64,000 nt of DNA, taken from Lama glama (Eukaryota). The stretch lies in contig CM052817.1 of NCBI GenBank assembly GCA_028534125.1, positions 24,554,001 through 24,618,000 of the forward strand. Direction: 5' to 3'. Below are positions 26,401 to 38,873 of this stretch, piece by piece. Position 1 is the first letter of the stretch. The number at the start of each line of letters is the position of its first letter. The translations under genes and the position numbers were made by a program. The notes below the pieces were generated by a model. It was not told the DNA's origin. It made no database searches and saw only the letters and a program-made list of their open reading frames with translations.

Positions 26401-28945
26401 TAAGTAAACAAAACAAAACAAAACATAACTAGAGACTTGAAATTACAAAAGGAAAAAGCTCAAGGAAAACTACAAAAGAAAAAAGGCAAATATACGGTAA
26501 AGGTAGTAAATCAACTACAAATAAGCTCATAGGAAGATTAAAAGACAAAAGTAGTAAAATCATCTATATCCACAATAAGCAGTTAAGGGATACACCAAAC
26601 AAAAAGATGTAAAATATGATGTCAAAAACAGTAATCATGGAGGGGCAGGAGTAAAAATACAGGGTTACTAAAATGCATTGGAAAGTAAGAGATCAGCAGC
26701 TTAAAACTATATCTATATGTATATATGAGTGATATATATTCCTATATATAAACATCATAGTAATCACAAATAAAAAAATCTCTGATACACAAAAAACAGG
26801 GATCCAAACATAACATTAAAGATAGTCATCAAATCACAAGAGAAGAGAGCAAGAGAAGAGGAAAGGAACAAAAAAGAATTACACAACAACCCCAAAACAA
26901 TGAACAAAACGGCAATAAGTACATACCTGCCAATAATTACTTTAAACGTAAATGGACTAAATGTTCCACTCAAAGACAGAGTCGCTGAATGGATATAAAA
27001 ACAAAACCTGCATATATGCTGCCTACTTCAAGTCTAAAGACATACACAGACTGAAAGTGAGAATGTGGAAAAAGATATTCCATAGAAATGGAAATCAAAA
27101 GAAAGCTGGGGTAACAATATGTATATCAAACAAAGTAGAATTTAAAACAAATACTGTAACAAAAGACAAGGGAGGACATTACATAATGATTAAGGGATCA
27201 ATCCAAGAAGATGCAACAATTATAAATCTACAAGCACCCAACATAGAAGCACCTAAATACATAAAGCAAATATAAATAGACATTAATGGAGAAATTGACA
27301 GTAACACAGTAATAGTAGGGGACTTGAAAACCCCATTTAAATCAATGGAGAGATCATTGAGACAGAAAATCAATAAGGAAACACTGGCCTTAAACGGCAC
27401 ACTAGACCAAATGAACTTAATAAATTATATAGAAAATTTCATCCAAAAGCAGCAGAATGCACATTCTTTTCAATATGCACATGGAACATTCTCCATGGTA
27501 AGTCAAATGCTAGGTCACAAAACAAGTTTTGATTTAAGAAAACTGAAATCCTATTAAGCATCTTTTCTCACTACAATTCTGTAAGAGTAGAAATCAACCA
27601 CAAGGGAAAAACTGCAAAAAAACACAAACATGTGGAGGCTAAATAATATGCTACTAAATAACCCTGAATCACTGAAGAAATCAAAAAATACCTGGAGACA
27701 AATGAAAACAAAAGCACAATGAGCCAAAAATCTAGGGCATGCAGCAAAAGCAGTTCTAAGAGGGAAGCTTATAGCAATAAAAGCCTATCTCAGGAAATAA
27801 GAAAAATATGAAACACTCTAAACCTTATACCTAAAAGAACTAGAAAAAGAACAAATGAAACCCAAAGTTAGTAGGAGGAGAGAAATCATGAAGAACAGAG
27901 CAAAAATAAGTGAAATGGAGACTTAAAAAAAAATAGAAAAAATCAAAAAAGCTAAGAGCTGGTTCTTTGAAAAGATTTTTTTAATGATAAACCTTTAGCC
28001 AGACTCATTAAGAAAAAAGAGAGAGGTCCCAAGTCAACAAAATCAGAAATTAAAAAGGAGAAATTACAATGGACACCACAGACATGCAAAAGATCATAAA
28101 ACATTACTATAAACAACTATACTCCAGTAAAATAGATAACCTAGAAGAAATTAACAATTTCCTAGAAATATACAATCTTCCAAAACTGAACCAGGAAGAA
28201 ATAGAAAATATGAACAGTAATGAAATGGAACCAGGGATGAAAAGAAGTCCCAACAAACAAAAGTCCAGGTGAATTCTACTAAACATTTAGAGAATAGTTA
28301 ATACCTAGCCTTCTCAAACTATTCCAAAACATTGCAGAGGAAAGAACACTTATGAACTCATTCTGTGAGACCAGTATCACCCTGTTACAAAAACCAAAGA
28401 TATATCACAAAACAAGAAAATTACAGGCCAGTATCACTGATGAACATAGATGCAAAAAATACTCAACAAAATATTAGCAAAATGAATTCACTTATACATT
28501 AAAAGGATTATACACCATGATCAAGTGGGATTTATACCAGGGATGCAAGGAAGGTTCAATACCCACAAATCAATCAATGTGATACACCACATTAACAAAC
28601 TGAAGAATGAAAATCATATGATCAATTCAACAGATGTGGAAAAAAAGGCTTTGACAAAGTTCTATATCCATTTATGATATTGATTTTTTTAAAAACCTCT
28701 CCACAAAGTGATAGTATCAGTGGAACATACCTCAACATAATAAAGGCTATGTGTGATAAGCCTACAGCTAACATCATACTCAACAATGAAAACCTGAAAG
28801 CACTTCCAGTAATATGAGGAATAAGACAAAGATGACCACTCTTGCCACTTTTACTCAACATAGTATTGAAAGTCCTAGCCACAACAATCAGACAAGAAAA
28901 AGAAATAAAAGGTATCCAGATTGGAAGGGAAGAGGTAAAGCTCTC
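23420..28945 (+). mobile_element. Younger L1 with 5' UTR, ORF1 and the 5' part of ORF2; 3' end missing
   Basis: Starts with the L1 5' motif gatggcgg, then a GC-rich repeat-containing UTR and ORF1 from ~25.5 kb. ORF2 start decayed to ACG at 26909 (…IITLNVNGLN). RT motifs NYRPVSLMNIDAK and [12 protein letters not shown] are present. The element ends just before YADD and has many frameshifts and stops. Confidence 0.95.
25721..25763 (+). mobile_element. 43-bp L1 3'-tail micro-insertion within L1 ORF1
   Basis: tatatgtatgtatatatatggctgaactatacttcaataaaag, flanked by the direct repeat aaaaaa(t/a)acactgaaggg (25703-25720 / 25764-25781). Confidence 0.8.
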
Positions 28946-29084
28946 AAGAGACTAGAAAAAGAAGAGAAAATTAAACCTAAAGAGATTCAAAGAAAAAGAC
29001 ACATTCATCAGAATACAGTCGCTTTTAAAACACTTTCGAAGGTTCTCAGTACCTTTTGTATACCTCTGAGGATAAAAGGGTGAT

Positions 29085-29405
29085 AGAACTTTAGAGCTGG
29101 AAAAAACCTTGAGATCATTAAGTAACCAAGGAGTTAAAAATCCTTCATTTTACACAGGTGAAAATTGAGACCCAAAGAAGTGAAGGAATCTGGTATTTCC
29201 TGAGCTCCTAAAATACACCAGCTGCTGTGTTGAGCACTTTTCAACACACAGCCCCATTGAGGCCATTATTTCTCCACCTCTATCAGTGAGGATGCTGAGA
29301 CTTAAGTAGTTTCTGTAATTGACCCAGAGTCCTGCAAATAGTAAGATATGAAGCCAGGATTCTGACCTAGGTCTCTTTAATTCCAAAGCCTATACTCTTC
29401 CTACA
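29085..29405 (-). mobile_element. MIR/MIR3 fragments
   Basis: ttagagctggaaaaaaccttgagatcat…cattttacacaggtgaaaattgagacccaaagaagtgaag, plus a second MIR at ~29265-29405. Confidence 0.7.
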
Positions 29406-29924
29406 GTAAGACTCTAAGTGGTTAAATTAGAAGCCATGTGAGGCCTAGAATCCAAGTCCCTTTTCCCCAGTCTATTTCTACCAACACTACAAAAGTGAAA
29501 AAAAATGGTAAATTAATGCCCTGTTTCAGTTCTGTGGGGTTCTTTCACATACAGTTGAATGAGTCAGATAAAATTATCACTGATTTAGTATGCAGGGTGC
29601 TTTTCCCTAGTGGGGAATGAAGCTTTGTTGCCCAAGGCTTTATTAAAAGATTGCTTGAGCCAACCATTAAGTTCTATGATAAACTTTGACTTTTTAAATC
29701 TAATTTCTCTGGACAGAGAAACTTGAAGCTGCCAAAATCTGTACTTGGAAATGCCACACATGCAAATTGTGATAACAACAAAGATTTCTTAGGGCTTTTT
29801 TTTTTCCCTCACACTTACCCAGTATTTACTCACAGTACAAGGTCCAGGTCTGCTATACCCAACCAACCTAAAGTCTCCATGTGATCCTGGATATGCACAT
29901 TTCACAGCATTGCACAATAAAACA

Positions 29925-30615
29925 ACCAGCAAATGTATGTAGTGCCTATCATTTATGACTTGATGCCAAGCAGTATAGAAGTAACACACTATCTCTATAC
30001 TGTTAACTATGCACTTAAACAGAGAGAGGGAGAGAGAGAAAAACGTGCATGCAGTTATATATAATTTGATAAATATGAAAATATGGTATTAAGCAAGTGC
30101 TATGAGAGCCAGATGGAATACGTTTCCCTGACTCTGTGCATCAGAAAAGACCTCCAGAGGAAGTAATGTTTGCACTGAAGCTTTCCATCTTAACACCTAA
30201 GGCAGGGGATATGCAGTGCCTTAATTGTCCAGAGACCAGCAGTTGCTGAATGTAGTTAGACTAGCTTAATGACAGGGCATTGGGGAGCATGAGGCAAGAA
30301 ATACAGTTTGAGGCCCGGCCTCATAAGGAAGTTTCAGCTTACATTTGTTAGCAGTGAGGAGGACATTCTGTTCAGATGTGTTCCTCTGGAGGTGGTGTTG
30401 TGAAGAGGCTGGAGGTGAGACATCTAACTAGGCGCCTAGCTAATGTCATGATCCAGGTGAAAGATAATCTGGTGTGGTAAGAGGTAAAATAGAGGGGAGG
30501 GCATAGATTAGAGACATTTAAGAAACGGAATTGATGTTGACTAGTTAAAGGGGGGAGGGTTGATGCAGAAGAATGAGTCAGAGGTGATTATGCCAGTACC
30601 CAGGGTGTTGGCTCT
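29925..30615 (-). mobile_element. L2 LINE fragment
   Basis: aagtgctatg…catcagaaaagacctccagaggaagtaatgttt…gattagagacattta. Confidence 0.65.
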
Positions 30616-33029
30616 TGCATCCATTCCACCATCATAGATGCTTAAGTATACACATAAATCACATTGCAGAGTAATCTACAATCCGCATTTACAAAAGGTG
30701 ATTATTTGCTGAAAATAAAATCTGTACTGACCAACAAGAATGTATCATATTCATTACTCACAATCTCTGTTTTCTTCCTGATTCTTTTCTGTCTTTGTCT
30801 GGGAAGCGAGTGAAAATAGTAACCAAGAGTAGGTAAGGAGCAAGTTGAATCACAATATCCGTCTGTACCATCATAATTCTATGAACACTTCTCATATTGC
30901 TTTATATTTTTCTTCTTTATAGTATCAGGGACAGAGCAATTTTGTAAACATTTGTCTTGGGTCAAATGCAAAGAAAACTTTGTGGGGGTCAAAGCTGGTG
31001 TCCCAGCTTGGAAATACGCACAGATATAGGACAGCTCTGTGAGTCTTCTGTGTTATGGCCCCTTCTGTGTCCATAGCAGCCTCGGAAGTACCAGGAGGTG
31101 CTGCTCTTTCTCCTGTTCTTCCTCTTCCTTCCTTAGCACCTGAGATGCTGGAGGATGTGCATATCTAATTGTGGGACTATCATTAGTCCTGACCCCTTTC
31201 CTGCTTTGTTATGACAAGCTGCAAAACCATCTTCCCAGCCATTCTGCATATCTAAATGGCATGGTTTGAGGCAATTTAAATATTTTAGCATTTTTATTTA
31301 TGTACAAATGATATATGGAAGAGATAGGAGTTTTAACTAATTTTAACTTGGGGAAAAGGAATCTCTGGTAGTTTTTACCTGGTTTGGCATTTATACTTTG
31401 TCTGCTATACAAAAACATGTATTATTATTAATGAATGCTCCAAGTTTTCCAAACCCACTATTAAGATTAGTGTTGCTGGGCTAGAATCAAATATTCATAC
31501 ACTACCAGTAATATTATACATAATTTAAAGTGTATCTTGTCATTGCAAATGGATTCACCATGGTGCTTTCCCTCAACTGTAAAATTATTTTCTTGCCCCA
31601 AAATGGAGCAGGCTTGTGAATTTTTACGCAGCCTTGGAAGAGACAGCTGAGTAAGCGTTTGGGAGAGGCTTCAAATTCTGTCTCTGTGAAAATGGAATTA
31701 ATTGGTCTCCAGTTTGAATCAGGTATAAATATAGAGGTGACCAAGATTAACCAGCAACAGGAAAGTAATCATATCTTTAATTGCCTAGTAGTCTCAAGGA
31801 AGTACTGGACTCAACTTTTTCCAAACTATAGCAGATGAGTGTAAAAAAAATCTAGATCAGTCATTGCATCCATCTCTATACCTCATTTCTTCAAGAAAGG
31901 AATAATAATGAGGCTAAACTTGATTTAAAATGTTCAGCTAGCCTTAAATTTTTACTAGTTTTGTAACTGTGTAATCTGGCATGAAAGTGGTGTTTGTCTT
32001 CCTGTAAGACCCTGTACAGTGCACGCCAAGGGTCTTAGTACCTTCCACTGCATTTGTCTTTACTTTCTTACTAATCATAATTATTATGTTTTCTTTTATA
32101 ATTTCCTCTTATAAGTGGCTAAAATAGACTATTAAGCAGTTTCTTTAATACAGTTCAGGATGGAAGGCTGTTCCTGGTAGTTTTTATCAGTGATATGATA
32201 ATGATTTCTGCTTTTATTCTAATTCAGTCTGTTGAATTTTCTCAGGAAATTGAGGAGGCAAGAGGCCTGCCTTTTCTCACTTTATCATATATCATTGATA
32301 ATTATGGTTGGCACGAACTGGCTTATGTTTCCTTGAGGGTACCAAGTGTCTCACCCAATTCTCTTTTCTAACATTACAAACCAACCAACTGAATTTGTGT
32401 TCTACCTTTGTAGCCCCTGGAGAAAATGTTAAAACATGTTTTCCCCTTCTAACTAATTTTGCCCTTTAGTGCAGAATAATTTTTCCTTTCTTGGAAGTTT
32501 TTCTAATGCAAATAAATGAATTCTTGCAAGGGCAAACTTTATTTTAACACTGTCCTTCTAAATCGAAGCAGAGCTGTATTCACAGAAATGACATTCATAA
32601 AGCAGGAGCAAAGAAAGCAATACATTTTAAGGGATCAAAAAGTCATTTGTCTTTTTTGAAGTATCATGTATTTAAATAAGGTAATTAACAGGATCATATT
32701 CATATACAGTATATTGAAAATATGCTACTAGGATTTCTCTCAAATCTTTGTTAGGTGAAATTAAAATAAGAAATGTATCTGAATAATAATTTTACCATTT
32801 GAATAAGTTTATTTATATCTCATCTTACTACCTTTATTATCTCTACCTCAAGACTACTACTAAAACTAAACACACATTTCTTTGACTCACATTCTTCATT
32901 TTAAAAAGTGTCCAGCTTCTTATTTTTGGAATTTAAAGATCTACGTGAACATATATAACATTAGTGGGACACGTATATTGACTATATTGTGAGTACTTTG
33001 TATGGAGAACTCATCCACTCTTCCCAATA

Positions 33030-33198
33030 GTTTATGAGGGAATTAGTGTTGTTGTAACCATTGTACAGACAGGCTAACCGAGGAGAAAAAAGGATTCCTG
33101 ACTCTTGCCAGGATATACCGCTAGTAAGGACCTGTACAGGACACGAACCTGAGGAGGTCTGATGCTAGGATTTACATGTTAACCATTCCACAGTGCTG
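33030..33198 (-). mobile_element. MIR fragment
   Basis: ccattgtacagacagg…cttgccaggatataccgctagtaag…gaacctgagg. Confidence 0.6.
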
Positions 33199-33731
33199 CT
33201 TCTCAATTTCTCAGCTTTTGTTTCTTCTGAACTAAGATGTGTTCAATTCAACATACAAAGTCCTCTTAATCAATGGGTCTTAAATTCCCCTTGGAGCACA
33301 GGCATCTGTTACAATCTTACCTTTTTTAGTATATCTTCATCTCAGATATATCAAGGTCAAAGAATAGCATTCCCGACTTCCACCTTTCCCCCAATTTCAA
33401 TCCATATTTTTCATTCCTTTTTAAGGCACACTCACATGCCAGTGCGCTGTACAGCACAGAAAACTGTTTATTTCTAGAAGTGATTAGTCCATGATTCTTT
33501 GCCTCCCATAGGGGCCATCACCCCTCTAATCCTTGGGGAGAAAGTGAATGAAAGAATAGAGACATATTGTAAATAGCCTCTGACTGCCCCAGCTTTACAC
33601 TGAACTGGGAAGATACAAGGCAGAGATAAAAATGTACAATATTAAAACCAAGACCAAATCGAGGAAATTCAACTAGTTCTGAGACATGCAGAATTAAATT
33701 AAGATTCACAAACTCTGGACAAAAATCATGT

Positions 33732-33935
33732 TAATAGCAAACGTTTACTGAGCAGCATTTACGTGCCAGGCGCCATTCTGCATCGCACATGTAGTGATCT
33801 GCATCGCCTGACAAGAGTAGTGATGAGGGGTGGGTATGACTGTTACGCTCATCTTGCAGATACAGAAACAGGCACACAGAGCTGGGATTTGAAGCCAGGC
33901 TGACTGACTCTGAGGTTCATGGTCTTAACCACTTT
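33732..33935 (-). mobile_element. MIR SINE (internally deleted)
   Basis: aatagcaaacgtttactgagc…gtgccaggc…gctgggatttgaagccaggctgactgactc…tcttaaccact. Confidence 0.8.
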
Positions 33936-34429
33936 AGACATTTTTCCTGCCACTTGATATGAGATGCTTCATTTTGACCTCACTATCTACCCTTTGCGTC
34001 AAAATCCAGATCAGTTTTGTGCAGTACATTGGGCAGCTGTCCATGGCTGTGCATATTTAGCTTTCCAAAAGGGTTGTCCAAGTTCCATCAATAAAAATTC
34101 AGGGTCTGCAAGTCACCATAAACAAGGAACATGATAGGGATTTGGCAGCTTATTGTAATTTGCCATGAATATTCCCAAATTACAGTTGCTGGTTGGAAAC
34201 ACCTTAATAGCACTACACTCTGAGAGTTCTGAATATCCATGTACCCCATTGCTGAAGACACATGGAGCGTTAACAGCAGTTGTGGGTAGAAAATTCAGCT
34301 CAGGCTACTAACATGCCTGTTAGACACTGGATTCTAGATTAGGAGAAAGGGCATCAATTTGTTCTCCAGCAACAGATGGAGAATGAGAGTTGACCAACAC
34401 CCAAATGGATGGAGATGAGGACAAAAGAA

Positions 34430-35920
34430 CAAGTCAGACATCCTGGATATTCACCAAGTTTGAGGGGAAAAGCTTTTGAAAAACATTTTACAGATTAAGA
34501 AAAATGGATTAGGATGACGAAAATATACATAAAAATGATTTTTCTACAAAAAAAAAAGACTTTAGCAAGCACATTGGCATCTTAGTAGCATTTGAGACTG
34601 AAAATCACATGGTGAGAACAGACTAATGTGAGAAAACAGCTACATGGTAGAGATGGGTGACTTGCAAGGAAAACAAAAACTAGAATTATCACAGTAAAAA
34701 TCAAGTCAGTCCAGTGATGCAGAGAATAATATGAAATGGTTTCTCAGTATTCAGGAGAAAAAGAGATGAAGAATAAAAGAAAAAAAATGGAGGGCTGAGA
34801 AAAGAATCCAACCCTAAAATTACAGGTATTTCCAGGAAGGAAAACATTAAGGTCAGAAGCAATAATCAGAAACAATATTGGAAGGAGTGGAGGGTATATA
34901 GCTCAGGGGTAGAGTGCGTGCTTAGCAGGCATGAGGTCCTGGGTTCAGTCCCCAGTGCCTCTTCTAAAAATAAATAAATAATACTAATTACCTTCTCCTC
35001 CCTGCCCCCCCCCGCAAAAAAACCAATTTTGGAGGAAGAAAATCTGGACAAATGCTTTTTACTAGCAATCGAAACAGATCTTTGACAAGTGTAACAAAAT
35101 TGAGAAATATATAGAAGTAAAATTAGGAATAATAAAGAGTGATTTAGCCACAGATACAGAAATAACAACCATCAACAACAGTAAGATGTAGAACTGACTA
35201 GGGGCCATGAGTCTGCTGTTACATCTGCAGGATTTTTAAACATTTGTATCATAAGTAAGAAAACTTAAAATTAAAAGAAAATACTATGTAAAACTCGATG
35301 CTGGGAAAGTTTCAAAGCTGAATACATGACTACTTCTCTGAAAAGTTTTAATTACCAAAACAGATTCAAGATGATTTAGATAAACCGCTAGTTGTAAAAG
35401 AAAGTTCATCAAAGCATAGCTTCCCAAAAAAAAGCTTCCTTTTGTTTCCAAAAAGTAAAAAAAAAAAAAAAAAGTGGTTTTATCTGTGTATCCTTCAAAG
35501 CTTTTCATTCCACACTAAATAAATTGTTCCATTGTAAAGAAAGACAAAGGAGAAAGCCATCTTACTCACTTTTTATGCTAGCATAATCCTGACCCCAAAC
35601 ATGACAGAGCACAAAAATTAATACCCCTTGTTGATTTTAATATAGGTTAAAAATTCTTTATGAAATGATTACTAAACCAAATTTTGAAAGTTTTTAAAAA
35701 GTATCCACCATACTTAGGGTTTACCTCAGAAAGGTAAGAAGATTTATTAGAAAGTTCATCAATAAGTAAATCAATGCTAAAAATGTTAATTTCAACTCAT
35801 GCCAGAAAAGGAATTTAACAAAATTCAAGACCCTTTTCTACAAAGTGATGAATTCTGTAAGCCTACCAACAGATTCTTCCTTTATATATTAAGAATATCT
35901 ACCATATGTTAATAACCAAC
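34430..35920 (+). mobile_element. Highly decayed old L1 (ORF1/ORF2 remnants)
   Basis: A-rich; ORF2-like blocks at 35.5-35.9 kb (ctcactttttatgctagcataatcctgaccccaaac; gccagaaaaggaatttaacaaaattcaagaccc). Confidence 0.5.
34886..35020 (+). mobile_element. Camelid tRNA-derived SINE (Vic-1 type)
   Basis: ggagggtatatagctcaggggtagagtgcgtgcttagcaggcatgaggtcctgggttcagtccccag (A and B boxes), then aaataaataa…ctaattacc…ccccc and an A tail. Imperfect TSD aaacaatattgga/aaccaattttgga. Confidence 0.9.
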
Positions 35921-36061
35921 TTTGTGATTACTACATGCCCATGGCCTGTGTCATACTTATAAACATGAATGCTTACTGACAGGAATCTGCAGACGACTAT
36001 AAAGTAAAATATGAAAGTGAGCCATAATGTCACCATCCAGAGACACTCACTTAACTAACAC

Positions 36062-36525
36062 TCATTAGCTAAGTATTTTAACTAGTATTTTAAGTGTGTG
36101 CCAGGCCCTGTTCTGTTTATCTGAATGTTTTTACAGTTGACCCTTGAACAACAGGGGAGTTAGAGGCGCCAGTCCTCCCACAGTTGAACACCCAGCTATA
36201 TGGCTTCCCTTGTCTGCACCGTTACACACTGTTCCTCCATATCCACAGTTCTGCATCCATGGGTTCAACCAACTGTGGATCATGTAGTACTGTAGTGTTT
36301 ACTATTGAAAGATATTTGCATACAAGTGAACCTGTGCAGTTCAAACCTGTTTTAAGGGTCAACTCTACTTTGTTAAGAATATTCTGCATAGGTATTCCTC
36401 ATTGTCCTGATGAAGAGACAGACACATAGACGGGTTAGGTAGCTTTCCCAAGGTCACTGAGCAAGCACATAGGTGAAGTATAAATTCAAGCAGTGTTAGA
36501 GAATTCACACCCTTAAGCCATATGT
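36062..36525 (-). mobile_element. MIR SINE split by a Tigger2-type MITE
   Basis: gtgccaggccctgttct lies upstream and gatgaagagacaga…ggttaggtagctttcccaaggtcac downstream of the Tigger. Confidence 0.75.
36134..36365. mobile_element. Tigger2-derived MITE (TcMar-Tigger)
   Basis: TIRs cagttgacccttgaaca / tgttttaagggtcaactc, with TA on both sides (36132-33, 36366-67). Confidence 0.9.
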
Positions 36526-37074
36526 TAAATCATCTCTTTAGAGAAATTTTTCCAGTATTTTATCATAAGCATTTCCCAATGACATATAATTTTCTTAAAT
36601 TATTATTTAAATAATTTATAATACTGGAGCATACAAATGAACTACTATATATTTAAATGTTGCCTGTTTTTACATATGTAGGTCATTTCTGATTATTTAC
36701 TATAAATATTAATGCATTTAACATTTTCACATAAATTCAAACTGCCTGATTTTTTCTTTGAGGATAAACTCCAAGATGCAGAATTACTAGGTCGAAACTC
36801 ATTAGTATGTGTAAACCGTCCTGAATTTCTGCTTGTTTTCTGGAAAGATTCTGTGATTTGCATTTCTACCCAAAGAAGATGAGAATGCCCATTTCATAGT
36901 GACTTCATTAGTTCTAAAAACTACCACAACTTAACACTTTTGTAAATTTGATAGGTACAAAAAGGAGTATCTTACTTCACATCTTCGGCTACTAGTAATG
37001 TTTAAAAATCTTTTCATATGTATATTAGCCATTGGAAAATAGTTTTGTGATTTGCCTGTTGATTCCTACATCAC

Positions 37075-37350
37075 AGAAAGCAGTGTAGCTAACGGTTAAG
37101 AACAGCCATTTTTGTCAGAGGCTCTGGAATTTTCAACTTTTAAGAAATAGAACATCACTATACTAGATACATCGTTCTCACACAAAGGACATGGTAAGTT
37201 GTCCAGTTATTCTTGGAAACCTAGGTTAATCATGATCCCACAAACCTTAATCTCACTGAACCTGTTTCCTTATCTTCAAAGTGGGGGTAATGATACTTCA
37301 TTGGTTTATTGTCAGTATTAAATAAGATACTACATGGAAAATGTTTAATG
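37075..37350 (+). mobile_element. MIR SINE
   Basis: agcagtgtagctaacggttaagaac…cttaatctcactgaacctgtttccttatcttcaaagtgggggtaatgatac. Confidence 0.7.
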
Positions 37351-37839
37351 CACAAATGGCAGCTTTCAAACGGTAACTTTTAAAACATATTGCTCTATGC
37401 TTTTAGGCCACTTACCTGGAGCTCTATGTAGACTTATATTAGAGTTTTGTATGTACTTCTCAGTAGTTGATAAATTCTCAGGAGGAATTTTTATCCTTGC
37501 CCTTTGCCTCTAGCACACTAGTATCTAGCAAAAGCCTGATGTGTATTAGGAGTGGAGTACACATCTACCATATTGGGCTGAATGTAAAATTACTCTACTT
37601 TGAAAGGACATTTTGTAATTAGATGTCATGATTCCATCTAGCTAGCCTCTAAAACATTTTTTTCATTTTCCTATTGCAGAATTTTAAAAAATAGAAATCC
37701 TCAAATTTAGGTTCTCAAGGGCAGCTTTCAGATTTTTAACTGCTTGCTAACCACCTCATTTAGGACAGACTCCATTACAGGCCAGCGCCAGACAGGCCAC
37801 ACTCAAGGGCAAACATACGAGTAGTGACCTCCCTTCAAT

Positions 37840-38090
37840 GGGGAGGGATCAGTTAGGAGCTTGGGACTAATAGATACACACTACTATATATAAAATAGAT
37901 AAACAACAAGGATTACTGTATTGCACAGGGAATTCTCTTGTAATAACCTATAGTGGAAGAGAATCTGAAAAGAAAATCTACATATGTATGTACATGTATA
38001 ACTGAATCACTTTGCTGTACACCTGAAACTAACATTGTAAATCAACTATACTTTAATAAAAAATAAAATTTCAGAAAAATTTTTAAAAAA
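37840..38090 (+). mobile_element. 5'-truncated cetartiodactyl L1 3' end
   Basis: agatacacactactatatataaaatagataaacaacaagg…ctgaatcactttgctgtacacctgaaactaacattgtaaatcaactatactt with an A-rich tail. Diverged TSD gagtagtga…tcaat at 37819 and 38091. Confidence 0.9.
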
Positions 38091-38373
38091 GAGTAGTGAA
38101 CACCTCAATTACAGTTGATTTCATGAACAAAGATAAACCAGTGTGGATCTTGGCAAATGAAGTGTCCGCCCCCCGCCTTCTCTTTCCATTGAAAAATAAA
38201 TGTTTTCATAAGTATCTCCCAGTGTTTTGTGTAGTAAAACACACAAAAAAAGAAACTCACTGATAGGTTTTATGAAGACCTACAAAAATCAACATGGTTC
38301 TTTTAAGTTATTTTCAATGTCAGGCCAAAGTTATTATAAAAGTTCAGGGGGAATAACATTTTCAGGTATTTTT

Positions 38374-38873
38374 NNNNNNNNNNNNNNNNNNNNNNNNNNN
38401 NNNNNNNNNNNNNNNNNNNNNNNNNNNNNNNNNNNNNNNNNNNNNNNNNNNNNNNNNNNNNNNNNNNNNNNNNNNNNNNNNNNNNNNNNNNNNNNNNNNN
38501 NNNNNNNNNNNNNNNNNNNNNNNNNNNNNNNNNNNNNNNNNNNNNNNNNNNNNNNNNNNNNNNNNNNNNNNNNNNNNNNNNNNNNNNNNNNNNNNNNNNN
38601 NNNNNNNNNNNNNNNNNNNNNNNNNNNNNNNNNNNNNNNNNNNNNNNNNNNNNNNNNNNNNNNNNNNNNNNNNNNNNNNNNNNNNNNNNNNNNNNNNNNN
38701 NNNNNNNNNNNNNNNNNNNNNNNNNNNNNNNNNNNNNNNNNNNNNNNNNNNNNNNNNNNNNNNNNNNNNNNNNNNNNNNNNNNNNNNNNNNNNNNNNNNN
38801 NNNNNNNNNNNNNNNNNNNNNNNNNNNNNNNNNNNNNNNNNNNNNNNNNNNNNNNNNNNNNNNNNNNNNNNNN
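38374..38873. other. Assembly gap (500 N)
   Basis: Run of exactly 500 N. Confidence 1.

Larger units (their letters stand above)
35990..37065 (-). mobile_element. Old L1 (L1ME-like) 3' region, interrupted by a MIR and a Tigger
   Basis: Antisense L1 3' blocks: gcagaattactaggtc…, gatttgcatttctacccaaag…gagaatgcccatttc, ttttcatatgtatattagccatt. Confidence 0.65.

Noticed and set aside
25539..29083. ORFs with endonuclease/RT-like sequence
   Set aside because: Broken fragments of L1 ORF1/ORF2, not host genes; the element is non-functional.
34889..34962. tRNA-like sequence with A and B boxes
   Set aside because: It is the head of a SINE with tail and TSD, not a tRNA gene.
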